Source of the DNA: Utricularia gibba
Taxonomy: Eukaryota; Plantae; Magnoliophyta
DNA: 64,000 bases
Reading direction: 5' to 3'
Assembly: GCA_002189035.1 (NCBI GenBank)
Contig: NEEC01000014.1
Span: 620,001 to 684,000, forward strand
Shown here: in pieces, positions 31,603 through 43,363 of the stretch
How positions within the stretch are numbered: position 1 is the first letter of the stretch
How the letters are laid out: each line of letters begins with the position of its first letter
The notes under the pieces: model-generated
The model's input: the letters and a program-made list of their open reading frames with translations, nothing else
What the model was told of the DNA's origin: nothing
The model's database searches: none
Made by a program: the position numbers and the translations under genes

Positions 31603-32992
31603 TTGATCTCCCGTAGCCAACTTTGTGATCCGTAAACTCCAATTTCTTGGACACAGAAATAATCAGGAACTAGAATCAAATCTTGGAACATAAAAGTTGT
31701 AAACCTCCAGACATTTGTCTGCACTCACAACAAAAGCTAAAGCATCGGATTTGACAGTTTGAAAAATTGCATTCAAACCAAATTTCATTCGTCAGCCTGG
31801 CATGCGACCAAGTTGAATGACAGCTTTTTCAACTAACACCAACTTCCCTCACCAAGATCAGAAACATTTCCACAGCCAGGAACCTGGAATCAGGAAATTG
31901 ATAAGAAATACCAAAATTTCATATTTCATAAACCCCAACTTCCCTTCCATTCTCATATCCATGACAGCACACGAAAGGCAGCAAAATCTTTGCCGAAACA
32001 CAAGATTTATACAAAAATCCCTGATACTCGAAAACGAACCTTACCTTCCACGGAGATCCGAAAAATGTAGGAACCGTTCCCCACTCCGACGAACTCGTAA
32101 ACCACCCACGAGCCACCGATCCGAGATCAGTGTGAACGAATTAAAGGAAACGAAAGAGAGGCCCTCGGCGTGTGATTCGGATGGCAATAAATGTCAACAC
32201 TCGAAAAGGGATCACACCACACTGGAGATAGATCGCGGGAAACTTGTCCACTCTCGAATTCAGAAGCAACCGCTCCCAAGAAATAACAATAGCTACAGTT
32301 GGGGAGACAACTAATACAGGATAAAGAAAACCATCTCGCATTCTGGTATCCGTACGGTTGGAATATAGTGGGCTTTTCTTGCTCCCCGAACGGCCCAAAG
32401 TCTCTTTTTTCTAGAAACAAACCAATAAAAATAATATTATATTCGATTAATTAACATTTCTTATTCAAATAAAAACAAGTAAAATCAGTTACCCAAATAT
32501 AATAACTATATATTTAATATCCCTAAATTTAATTTTTATTAAATAAAAAATCATGAATTAAAATGACATCTACTAAGTATGTATTTTTGTAGAAAAGAAA
32601 AACAAAATTATTTAATAAAATATTTAGGATCTATTTGTCGAAAATAAAAATAGCATTAATAAAATAAAAACTATATCTTTACAATTTATTAATACAAAAA
32701 TAATTCTAAATTTATGATTTTTTTTGAATTTGTACTTTTAATAAAATTTCAAACATTTTACATTTCAAAATTTGACATTTTAATGGAGATGAATGTAAAC
32801 CAGAGCATCAGATTCACATTTGGGGTTCAAAATGCATTTAGAACGTGCAAAACTTGGATTCAAGGAAGACATTAACCAGATGGAGATCAGGTCAAGAATG
32901 GTTCCACAGTAAAAGGAAAACCAGCAGGAGGGGCAAAGGAGGAGCTTTCACCATGAAAAAGGGCACTTGATGAATGAAATGAAGCACCAAGT

Positions 32993-33560
32993 CTACTTGG
33001 ATCTCTGCCTCATCTTTCGGCGCTTTCTCTTCAATCTCCTCATGCGCTTCTTCTTCCACTGGGGCAAACAAAAATGGCGCAATTCGTGTTTTAGGATAAC
33101 CAGGGATAAGGACAAAATGAAAACAGTAAGCAGACCCTCTGAAATTCAATTAGTTTCTGGATGATTCTAGCTTTTCTACAAAAACACTTGATGGCAGAAA
33201 TGGGGATCATGTGACCAATAGATAGGGTGGACGAAGAGCGATGGAAATAACTATACGGATTCAAGCTAATAGAACACATTTGTACACGCAGAATCTACAC
33301 ATAAAATGGTGAAAACACAAACTTCGGGTTTGCCACCGCATCTGCAAAAGGATCCCCAATTTTGCCCTATCTAACCTAGAGAATGAACTTTGCTTTTGAG
33401 ATGACTGGAGATTGAACAAACATTCACGAGTGAAAAAGGACAGCAACAATCAGCAGAGACAAAAGTCACAAAATCTGAATGAATGAAAGCACACGGCATA
33501 GTCCAAAGCATAAACAGAGAACGCAGGAAAGACGCTCCGCCACCGTACCTTCGCCCTCAT
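32993..33560 (-). CDS. RPL41: Ribosomal protein eL41 (25 aa); exon 1 33549-33560, exon 2 32993-33058
   Basis: Spliced ORF MRAK/WKKKRMRRLKRKRRKMRQRSK*, the near-invariant eL41 sequence; too short for the supplied ORF track. Confidence 0.98.
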
Positions 33561-33689
33561 GCTTGCTCCTGCTCAGAATTCTCAGATCGAAGTCACTCCG
33601 ACGCCGCGAGCTCTCCAAACCCACAATCGGGCCGAGAGCAGCCGCACTTGTACAAAATGGAGAGCCCTAATTCTCCCGTCACCATAGGC

Positions 33690-33870
33690 GGCCCAACAAC
33701 ATCACAAAGCCCATTGTCATAGAGCGATGGCTAAGCCCAGTTCCATAGAAAGCCTCCTCCAAGCAGAAGCACAGGATTACGACACAGTACATGTACGATT
33801 CCCGTTGGGTTAGTACCAAATCCCAAGTCTATCGGGTTCTGTTTCTGTTTGGACATGATTTGGGTGGGCC
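33690..33870 (-). promoter_or_regulatory. Cluster of site II-type elements (TGGGCY / RGCCCA) upstream of RPL41
   Basis: GGCCCA 33690, AGCCCA 33708 and 33734, TGGGCC 33865; site II elements are well known in plant ribosomal-protein promoters. Confidence 0.6.
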
Positions 33871-34849
33871 CTACAAGGGAGCGAGGGCAAGTACGATTGT
33901 GCATAATCAAAAGCGCATAACCGTCTAACCAAATTGTACTGTCTCCAAGATTCCCACAACAAACTCCTCCTCTAATCAATGTACCATGGGCATCCCAAGT
34001 GGACCCTTCTTGTGACAATGATTTAAAATAAAAAAATCATTCTTATTTGATAATAAAAATATTTTTGTAAATTTTTTTCCAATACACCAAATGTCATGAC
34101 TCCTATTTGTATTATTCATTTTAGACATCAAATTTTCATGGTTTAAGTTATCATCTTCACAATAAAATATCATGCACAAATTAACATAAATATTATATTT
34201 AACACTACAATGATAATAAAAAAGAAATTGAGAGTAAAATTAGTTTTTAAATATTATTTGATAAAAGAAAGTATGAATGACAATTATTTGATTTATAGGG
34301 CAAAGAAATTAGAATGAATAATTGAGGTATAGTTTGAGACCATGCATTTAATGGAAGGAAACTCTACGGTAGCCTTCGCTAGCAGAATATTTAATTGGCA
34401 TTTTCCGTAATTTTCTTTATTTTGAAAAAGAGGGATAAATGCAATAATAATATTATTATTTTAAAAAAAGAATCTGAGTCCCATTTTAGTTCTTACAAAA
34501 AATAATATTTCAATTTGATGTGGGCCCCCGGGTCCGGTATTTCCTGATGGAAAAAGGGATTCAAATCGAAACGGAATGTTTTTCCATTATTGGTTCCATT
34601 TGTCTGAGGGAAAACAGCTCGTGGGGATTTTTCTATTGCCTATCCTTTGTCGCAACAGCTGTCGATTTTTTTGCTAACCGCTGAGCCATTTTCGAGGGGA
34701 GTTGAGTGTTGAGTGAGGTCGCCAGGAAGGGAATGTGGGGGGAGGTGGGGTTTCTCCCTTCATTCTGTTGGAGAAAACAGGAATAAAATAGTTGTTCTTT
34801 TGGGTTTCAGATCCTAAAGGAGTAAAAGAAGATCTCTACTTTTGTAGGC

Positions 34850-37559
34850 ATGGAATCTAAGGTGAGTCGGGAACCATGGTCTTGATCTTGACTGGGGGTT
34901 GCATTAGTTGCTGAGGCGTTTTAATTAGCTTAAGCACTTCATTTCGTGTTGATTGGGTGGAGTTTTTGGCGCTCCTTTTTTTTTTTTTTATTGTGTATGC
35001 AGGGGTTAGTTGTTGTGTTTGAATTTTCTCATCTGGGTTGTCGGCATTTTTCACTTTTTTTTTAAAGTTGGCTATGATCATGGTGTTTGTGCACCATGAA
35101 TTGATTTTTGTGATGTTTCTTGTTTCTTATCTCAGTTCCTGGATTCTAATTCGTACTTCTGATGTGTGCTAAGATGGAAAAATAGAGTTTTGTTATGAAT
35201 TTTTCTATATACATCTGTAAGAACTGTGCTTGTGCACTGATTGTGGAGTTTTAACTTGACACCAGTTGAAGAATCACATGGGCTTTTTTTTAGGATCATG
35301 TTGCTGTTACTGGTGATTGGATGTTTTCAAGCCCGATACCGAGGTCCTTCTTCTCACCAATGATGAATGATGACATGGTGGTAGGCTCACTTGGTGAATC
35401 ACTACTTGGAAATAGAGACCATCCTCTTTTTCCAGCGTCTGAACTGGGGGAGATTGCATCAGGGGTTACTGGTGAAAAAGAAGCCACTACGGCTGACATC
35501 AAAGGTGATGGAAATGAATCATACACCCACTTAGAATCAAAGGTGGGTTCTGGAGGAAATCTTGTGGAAAGAATGACAGCCAGATCTGGTTATAAGGCTC
35601 CTAGGTTGAATGCTGAAAGTATTAGATCACCTGATATTCCTGTCAACTCAGATGGTCAGCAGCCTTTTCTGATGACAATTCCTCCGGGTCTTAGCCCAAC
35701 AGCTCTTCTAGATTCTCCGGTTTTCCTTAATAACTCACAAGTGAGTTCTTTGTGTTTCATGCAGACGTGTGAACATGGTGTGTCAATGTAAATTTGTGGA
35801 GCTGTTTTTCGATAAAACATTTAGGATAGGTTGGTCCTCAAACAGTTTATTTGCTATGTCTTCACCTTATTGCATTTGTTGCAGATCATGCCTTCTCCTA
35901 CTACTGGGAAGCTTTCCTTTGCACCATGTGGAAACAGTGAGATTTCTGCATCGACAACTGATCGGCTACAAGAGCTTTCATTTCAAGATAGCTTGCCCTT
36001 CATGTTCAATCCAATCACAGAACCTAGATCATATGGTCTGCAGTTTCTTCCTGGTGCAGTTTCTCTTCGTGCAGATGACTCAAATTTCCAACAAAATCTA
36101 GTGCCTGTGAATTTTCAGTCTTATGCTAACTCACCGGGCAAAGAATTCAGTGTCAGCTGCACGCAGGATACAATTTGTCATTCAGTCAGTGTTACTGAGA
36201 GTTCTCAAGTTTTTGATGATCCATCTGAAAACACGGATCAAAGTAGTGGAGATTCAACTGGAAGCCCAGCTGATGATGGTTATAGTTGGAGAAAATATGG
36301 TCAAAAGCAAGTCAAGGGAAGTGAGTATCCTAGAAGTTATTACAAATGCACTTCTGCAAATTGTCCTGTCAAGAAGAAGGTGGAACGCTCCCATGAAGGG
36401 CATATCACAGAGATCATCTACACTGGTGCTCATAACCATTCCAAGTCTTCATCTGATGCCAGAGGTTTGATCAGCTCATCTGCGCATGGTGATATGCACC
36501 ATCTTCAATCTGATTCACAAGGTGAAGGTGTCAACAACAGTGATCATGTCTGGTTGTCAGTTAAGCAACAGTGGAGTAAAGAGAACCATGAAGCAGCATC
36601 CTCTGTGCGGATGTCCCAGGAGTATAGCAATGGAGGTGGCGTAGATGGTTCATCAAATTTCTCGAATGATGAGGATGGAGAACATCATGCACATGACAGC
36701 ATAGCTTGTGATGATGAAGAGGATGAATCTGATTCAAAGAGAAGGTTCATAGTTTTCCTGTTTGGTGTGACTGATTCATTCAAAGTAGCCATTCATTTTC
36801 CTTTCTTCTATTTGATGCAGGAGACATGAAACTCACACTCCAGAAATGCATGGAGCCAGCAGGGCTGTAAGAGAGCCCAGGGTTGTTGTCCAGACAACAA
36901 GTGAGGTTGACATCCTTGATGACGGCTACCGGTGGCGCAAATACGGACAGAAGGTTGTGAAGGGAAATCCAAATCCAAGGTTTGGTAGCTTTATCCGAAT
37001 GCTGCTGCTCTCAGGAATGAATTCCTTTTGAAGACTTGTATGTATGGATGTCTCTTATTCTGTGATGCAGGAGTTACTACAAATGCACGAGCCCTGGTTG
37101 CAATGTAAGAAAACATGTGGAGAGAGCTTCTCATGACCTGAAGTCTGTCATAACAACGTACGAGGGTAAGCATAACCATGATGTCCCCGTGGCAAAAAAC
37201 AGCAGCCACGTGAATTCTGGAAACTCAAACCCCATCTCAGTCAACAGCCTCCTCCGATGCTGGCTCCAGGCCACATTCACCGGTCGGAACCCCCTCAAAT
37301 GCTTTCAAACATGACTCATTTTGTAAGACCTGAACTGGGTGGCTCTGTGTACGGGTTTGGAATGAACCAGCCCAGCATTCCGAACCTGGGGTTCATGCCA
37401 AACCATGGGAGGTTACCGGTTCTACCTTTACATCAGTATTCAGGGCACCAGTCTCAGCCTGTGACTTTGATGATGCCCAAGTTAGAGCCTCTGACTACAG
37501 ATTCTTCAGGATTGGGTTCCTGTGATGGCTCCTCCCTGTATCAGCAATACATGAGATGA
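34850..37559 (+). CDS. WRKY2: Group I WRKY transcription factor (WRKY2-like); -1 frameshift at C-run 37230-37233 after the second WRKY domain
   Basis: Two WRKYGQK domains with C2H2 fingers, [14 protein letters not shown] motif, N-terminal DHVAVTGDW; the 12-nt first coding exon (ATGGAATCTAAG) is inferred. Confidence 0.9.
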
Positions 37560-38645
37560 TTTGCCTATTTGGTTCTTTCAAGGCATATTGAACCTTATTT
37601 ATTGTACTGGATGCTATCTTCATTGGCTTTTACCTGGTTTCTCACTAGCTTCAATTTTTTTAAGCTCCACTAGAAAGCCATCAAAATTTTGGATTTAGAA
37701 CTAGTAAAGAACCAACCCCATATTATCAACTTCTGCCATCAAGTATACAAAAATTTCCAACACCAATATGGGATTTCTGGGATTTCACAGTGAGACAGGG
37801 AGAGAGCCCTGGGCAAACCAAAGGTAATCTTGACTGAATCCTCTTCTTCCGGATCCGTGACAGCGTATCGATGACTCAGTTCTTTTCTGCAGAGGCAATA
37901 AATGAAGCGATGTGATGTGCGTGAAACTGACCACACTCGATGGAATTTTCTGTTGTGGGGTTGTCTATAATCCTGCTCCTAAATGGCAAGAAGATGAACA
38001 AAATCTGAGCTAGATACCAGAGGCAATCCCAAATGAAATCCTAGTAAGCAATGACTAAAAAAGTGTGTTTTCTTTCTCTTTGGTCCTCCACAACGCGTCT
38101 GATATCAGGCAGTTGTTTGATATCCATTGCCTCCTTTGGCATTGCCAGATCAGTGTCAGCTTAGCATACCAAAAGTGCATCTTCCCTTCCATGGTTTCTG
38201 GCACCATGTCTCAAAATGGATGGAACTGTGGATGTCCCTAGCTGCAAGAAACAGACCACCAGAAAAACTATGAAGCACTCTACGGGCCTATGTTTAATAT
38301 ATTGATAATGAGGGACAAAACTGGGAAGACGGTGGAATTACAGAACGACCTTATTCTGCAACACTCGTGTCCGTACGCTCTCTTTGCCAACTGCCCATTT
38401 CTCACGCGGTCCAATCGTGATCAATCATCAACCAAATTTTGGTTTTTTTCCCTTTTTAATCTGATTAATATTACACACCAGTTCCGAGCTCTGTTGCGTG
38501 TTGCTGTGGCGGGAATCGAGTAAAGGTTTCAGTTTGATGGGCTGCTCCTGGTGATTTCTGTGATTATTGATTGATCCTTTTGTGGGTTTCGTTGATCTTG
38601 ATCTGGAAAGCGGTCGCCGTACCGTTTATCTCTATTTTACTGAGA

Positions 38646-40402
38646 ATGGATCTTGAAAGTGGGAGTTCTCACGCTCCCTCGTTGAAAGATGATGAGGAGA
38701 AGCCAGCTGATGATAAGGCGACTTCGGTTTCGGGTTCAGGTTTAGGTTCTCCTCCATCGATTAAGAAGGGGCTTGGCCTAAAGAGATGGAAAAGGATTCC
38801 TAGGGATGTGAGTAAAATTGGAACTAGCAGCAACAGCTCAGGGAAGGTTAGTATAGAGGAATTGCCGGATCCACCTCCGAATCCAACTAAGAGGGGATCA
38901 TCCTACGCTGAGAAGCAAAAAAGAGCGAAACTTCTTTATCCCCGCCAACTGATGCTGGAGTGAGTTCAGAGAATGGTCAGGAACAAACCATAAGCTCCCC
39001 AGCTTCAGTAACCAGTGGTTTCAAGATAAACTATGAGATCCCATTGGTTGTAGGATCTTCTCATGATAAGGGAAGAACGAGGTCGGGTGGGAAGAATTCG
39101 GGGAGATCTCGGATTCAGACAATGAAGAAGCATAGAGGGAAGGAGAGCTCACCGGTTTTGTCATCTGGAGTTCACTCATCGAGCAATGGAATGCAGTCTC
39201 ATCTCGATGGGGAGAATGGTGATGATTTTTCAGATACAATGGATCAATTTAGTGATGCAATAGAGACTAAAGCAGGGATCTTTCCTGAAGATGAAGTCAC
39301 CGTGTCATCTCCAGAGGTTCAAAACGTAAGTAATGAGAATCAGGGTTCACATGAGGATCAGGATCCACTGGCTGAAGTCATGTTTGAACTTCACACAGTA
39401 CACGAGGCATTAGCAAAAGGTTTGATTTGGTGTCTGCTTTTGTTGGATTTACCTTTAGCAAGTGGTGCATATAACAGTGCTTATGCTTGTTAAGCATTGC
39501 CTTCGTGATGAACCGTGATATTTATGTAGAAGAGACCAATGGTATAGGATTTAAGTTGAACGCCATTTCTTCTTCACATTCTGTATAAGTGCTGAATTCA
39601 TGTATCATAAAGTGACGCAGTGTATCTACATTTGCAAAATAATGTCATTCATTTTGGGGTAAAGAAATTAGACATGTTAGATATGGAACCTGGTTCTTGA
39701 GTAAATGGAAGAATGAGATTCTAATACCATTGGATTATGAGAGACTTTGTAGTCTTGTATACTCCTTGCATTGGTCTCCATCTTGTATGTGATATCAACT
39801 TTTTGGGAAAATTGATTCTTTTTTTTTTTCAAATCTGGTATTATCTCACTGAGGCTTTTTCATTTCATGTAGAGATTTTCATGTTAGCGGAAGTCGGCAA
39901 AGATGCTGGAGAGTCAGAACCAGACGCCAGTGGCGCAGAATGGGCAGATATGGGAAAAGAACTCCATGGAGATGGGAGTTTCTCCCAAGCTTTAGAACTA
40001 GAAGTAGAGTTGAGTAACATAGATTTAGGAGCGGAAAGTGAAGACCTGTTCAGGAAGAGTATTGAGGCTGACGTTGTGTACACAGCCACATCTGGAGCAG
40101 CGAACGAGCTGAGGTCCTTCACTTTCACACAGGTCACTGCTTCAGAAGAACAGAAGAACAATGTTTCAATCCATACCATAACACGCGAAGAGCTTGCCTC
40201 CGAAAACATGCATCTAAAAGAGGCAATGAAGTTGGAAAAGATCAGTGAGGACACCCATAAAGCCAAGGAAAAATGGAAGACGCAGAAAACACTGTGGAAG
40301 CTTGCATTATGTGCATTCATTCAGCTAGTGCTGTTACTGGTAATCATCAGAGAGTTGGTTTCCCGGTCATCACCAGGAGATGGCAACGTTGTGCCTACCT
40401 AG
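38646..40402 (+). CDS. WIP: WPP domain-interacting protein (plant KASH, outer nuclear envelope), 2 exons; -1 frameshift at A-run 38917-38922
   Basis: MDLES start, KGLGLKRWKRIPRD, coiled coil, C-terminal transmembrane segment ALCAFIQLVLLLVII and terminal VVPT*. Confidence 0.88.
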
Positions 40403-40848
40403 CTCTCATAAGCTAATGTACAGAAAATCCGAACCTTGAGCCTTGGTTGGTTCTAAGCGGAGATCTTTCTTTTGCAAATTGATGGATTTTGAAGCTGTAG
40501 TTATGAATTTTTGTTGAATGGACAAAAACTTGCAAGTTGTCATTGTTCACTAAGCTTTCATCTAATCCTGGAGATTTAAAAGCAATGCCAAGGCCTGTTT
40601 TCAGCAAACGAGAACCCCAAAGCTTTGAACTGAAGACCAAGGAAAAGCCAGAAAATTCAGAACACCTATGATTCCGTAACAGTAACCACCAGTAGCAAGG
40701 TGAAAGACATCCTTCGTGTTGACCAGTATCCAGCCATACAAAATTCGAAAGGAGCATATGATCTAGAGTCGTGTTGCTACTGAAAGACAACAAGTTAATT
40801 TGAACTTGCGTACACCACAGAAGAAGTAAATATAAAGCACACTTGTGA

Positions 40849-42966
40849 TCAAGTTGGAGCAGGATGGGAAGATTTATATTCTTCCATTTCAGCCTTGTAC
40901 CGTTCCTTGTCTTTTAACCCCTTCTCCTGGTACACCTGAAAAAATCAAAAGTACAAAAATGAACCAGTAGTCGTTAGATAGCCATTCACCATCTTCCTCC
41001 ATGCATCCTAACTACTGAAGAGAGAATCAGATGCTAAAATTTAAGTACCATGAAAAATGAATGTAAGGCAAAAACTACACTGTCTGCTTCATTCACCAAG
41101 TAAGTGATCATCAATGAATGATTTTTTCCAACAAAGGAAACAATTTACTACCTGTCTTTCAGCATCGGACAGCCTGCTCCATCGTTTACCAATTTCCTTA
41201 CTTATAGCCCTTTCTTGTCCATGGTATAATGGCCTCAGTGTGTGATACTGTTCTGCAAAGAAGAAAGTGTAGCCACTTCTGTTTCGTCTTGGATGAGCAG
41301 GGTCCTTAGAGGCCATCTGATGCTTTCTTCGTCTGCGGCGCTTAGGACCAACCAAACTTTGAGAAGCATTTTGCGCGTGATACAGGACACCTTTCAACTG
41401 CTCACCTCCGTAATCAACAGTCACAAGATACCCACAGTCGAACTTCCCATCAATTGTCCCAACCACAAAACTGCCGCCCTTGAGGTCCGGGCTTGCTGCA
41501 AATTAAATTTCAAGATTCACACATTGTTTTGTAACTGGGAAAGCTGAAGTCAAGTCTGGGATGCTTGAAAAAAATGATCAGATGGTTGTAGAAACACATA
41601 TGCCACAAATGCAATTCCGACAAAAAAGCCATCACAAATACAACTGACCTTCAAAATGGTCCGATGAAGTCTCTTCATCGACAGCATTCCCATTCATGCT
41701 CTGATTGGATTGATCTATGATTTTTTTTTTCAAGGATGCAACTTTAATATCAAGAGCAGGAGATGAGCATGCTTGATATGACATGATCAAGAAGATACCT
41801 GCATTGGACGTGGATGGTTTTTCTCTCTTTAGATAGTACACCTGCTCGAAATCATACAGCAGCGAAAGATAATATTTCCGTAGGATGAACGAAGCACTTG
41901 TGATTGTTGATGGAAAATTGAAGGCTCCTGTAACTTCCTTCCATCTTCGATCGTTGATAACCTATTAATTCATTGAGCATGGTGATATCAGCAAAAAAAG
42001 TTTTGGAAACAAACACGAATTAGCAAGCAACAAAACCCCTCAAAGAACTGCAAATGCAAAGTCCAATGCCAACACCAAAATTTCATTCTGGCCTTTCTAA
42101 TGAGTCGTGGATTTATAGTATCTTTTTGCAGGTAAAATAACTCTTCACACATCAGCACTTGTCCAAAAGACTGGCTAGGCAGCTAAAATATGTTCATCTG
42201 CTGCTCTAACATGAAAGACCTCACAATCATTTCTTAAGCAGTTGGTAAGATACACGAGATGTGACAATCATTTCTAATATCCATTTTAAGGTAGAGAAAA
42301 CCTTCTCAATTCCACCACGAGATGTGACTTCTAAGAATAGCTGGTGTAAATCCAAGCGGTTTCCTCCCAAAACAGGAATCCTGAAAGGTGAATTACAGCC
42401 GTAACACAAAGATTTGATCTTCTTAAATGATCAACAACAAAAAAAAAAAAACATGACTGAAGGCTGGGGATAAATGAATTGAACTACTGTGAAAGATGCC
42501 CAAAGTTTGAGCAAAACACAGCCAAGATCCACCATATGATAATACAAGAGGCACAACATCCAACGCAAAGCCATGCAGTCGAACCTTCCAGATAAACGCC
42601 CCACAATCAAAAAACTAAGAAACTGTTGCACATGAACCCAAATCACAAAAAAAAGGAACAATAAGAGGTAGCCCACAGATAAACGCCACTGAAATTCAGA
42701 CAACGAAGCCAAAGATACAAAATTTGAACTAGAACCCCAAAAAAAGAAAAAAAAGTATCAAATCAAACAAAAAAGAAAACTCAAGGAAAAAGAACACGAG
42801 CAGACCCCGAAACAAACCTGAATCTTGTGCCATAAAAATGATGAAAAGCTTGAAGCTTTTCCAGAAAAACATCCGGGTTTTGGATGATCTCCTGATACCC
42901 AGCTTCCGGTTTGGGGTAAGACGAGTATTTGGAAACGGGTTCCTGAGAAGGTGGGTCGTGGGACAT
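40849..42966 (-). CDS. ARID-HMG box protein (HMGB10/11/15-like), 6 exons
   Basis: ARID (IPVLGGNRLDLHQLFLEVTSRGG, WKEVTGAFNFPSTITSASF), GTIDGKFDCGYLVTV, HMG box (DPAHPRRNRSGYTFFFAEQ...KERYKAEMEEY). Confidence 0.92.
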
Positions 42967-43363
42967 TTCACTCGTGGGGAGTAAAAATTACGCGACAAAA
43001 AAATTGGATTGTTGCAACGCTTGTATTAGATTTCTGTGCAGATTGCATAGAATCAATCAAATGCAATCAAATGTATATATAATATGCATCTTTTTCCTCC
43101 AACCCCAGCTAGCGGTTTCCTTCAGTTCAAAGGCGGTCAACCGATCTCTTTTTTCCAGGGCGGCTTCTTTAACATCAAAAGCGAACTCGAATTCTTGTCT
43201 TTTAACGGTAATGGGGTTTTGCAGTGCTGAGTGCACGTTACGTTAATTGTTAATTAATTAATAATTATTTTCGGATTCGACCCGACCCGGAACAACTCGG
43301 ATGTTTTGCATTTACCCCCCCAAATTAGAGGGGGCTTGGAGCTCCGGACTCCGGTGAGACGAA

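Noticed and set aside
33200-33375. Two crossing 8-bp complementarities in the RPL41 intron (pseudoknot or snoRNA-like)
   Set aside because: One or two 8-bp inverted matches are expected by chance in a ~490-nt intron; no C/D or H/ACA boxes in the right places.
38131-38141. CTCCTTTGGCA, complementary to the first 11 nt of miR399
   Set aside because: No pairing to the 3' half of the miRNA and no surrounding hairpin, so it is neither a precursor, a full target site, nor an IPS1-type mimic.
39505-39595. C box (GTGATGA) and D box (CTGA) about 90 nt apart in the WIP intron
   Set aside because: No terminal stem and no rRNA-complementary guide I can recognise; such motif pairs are common by chance.
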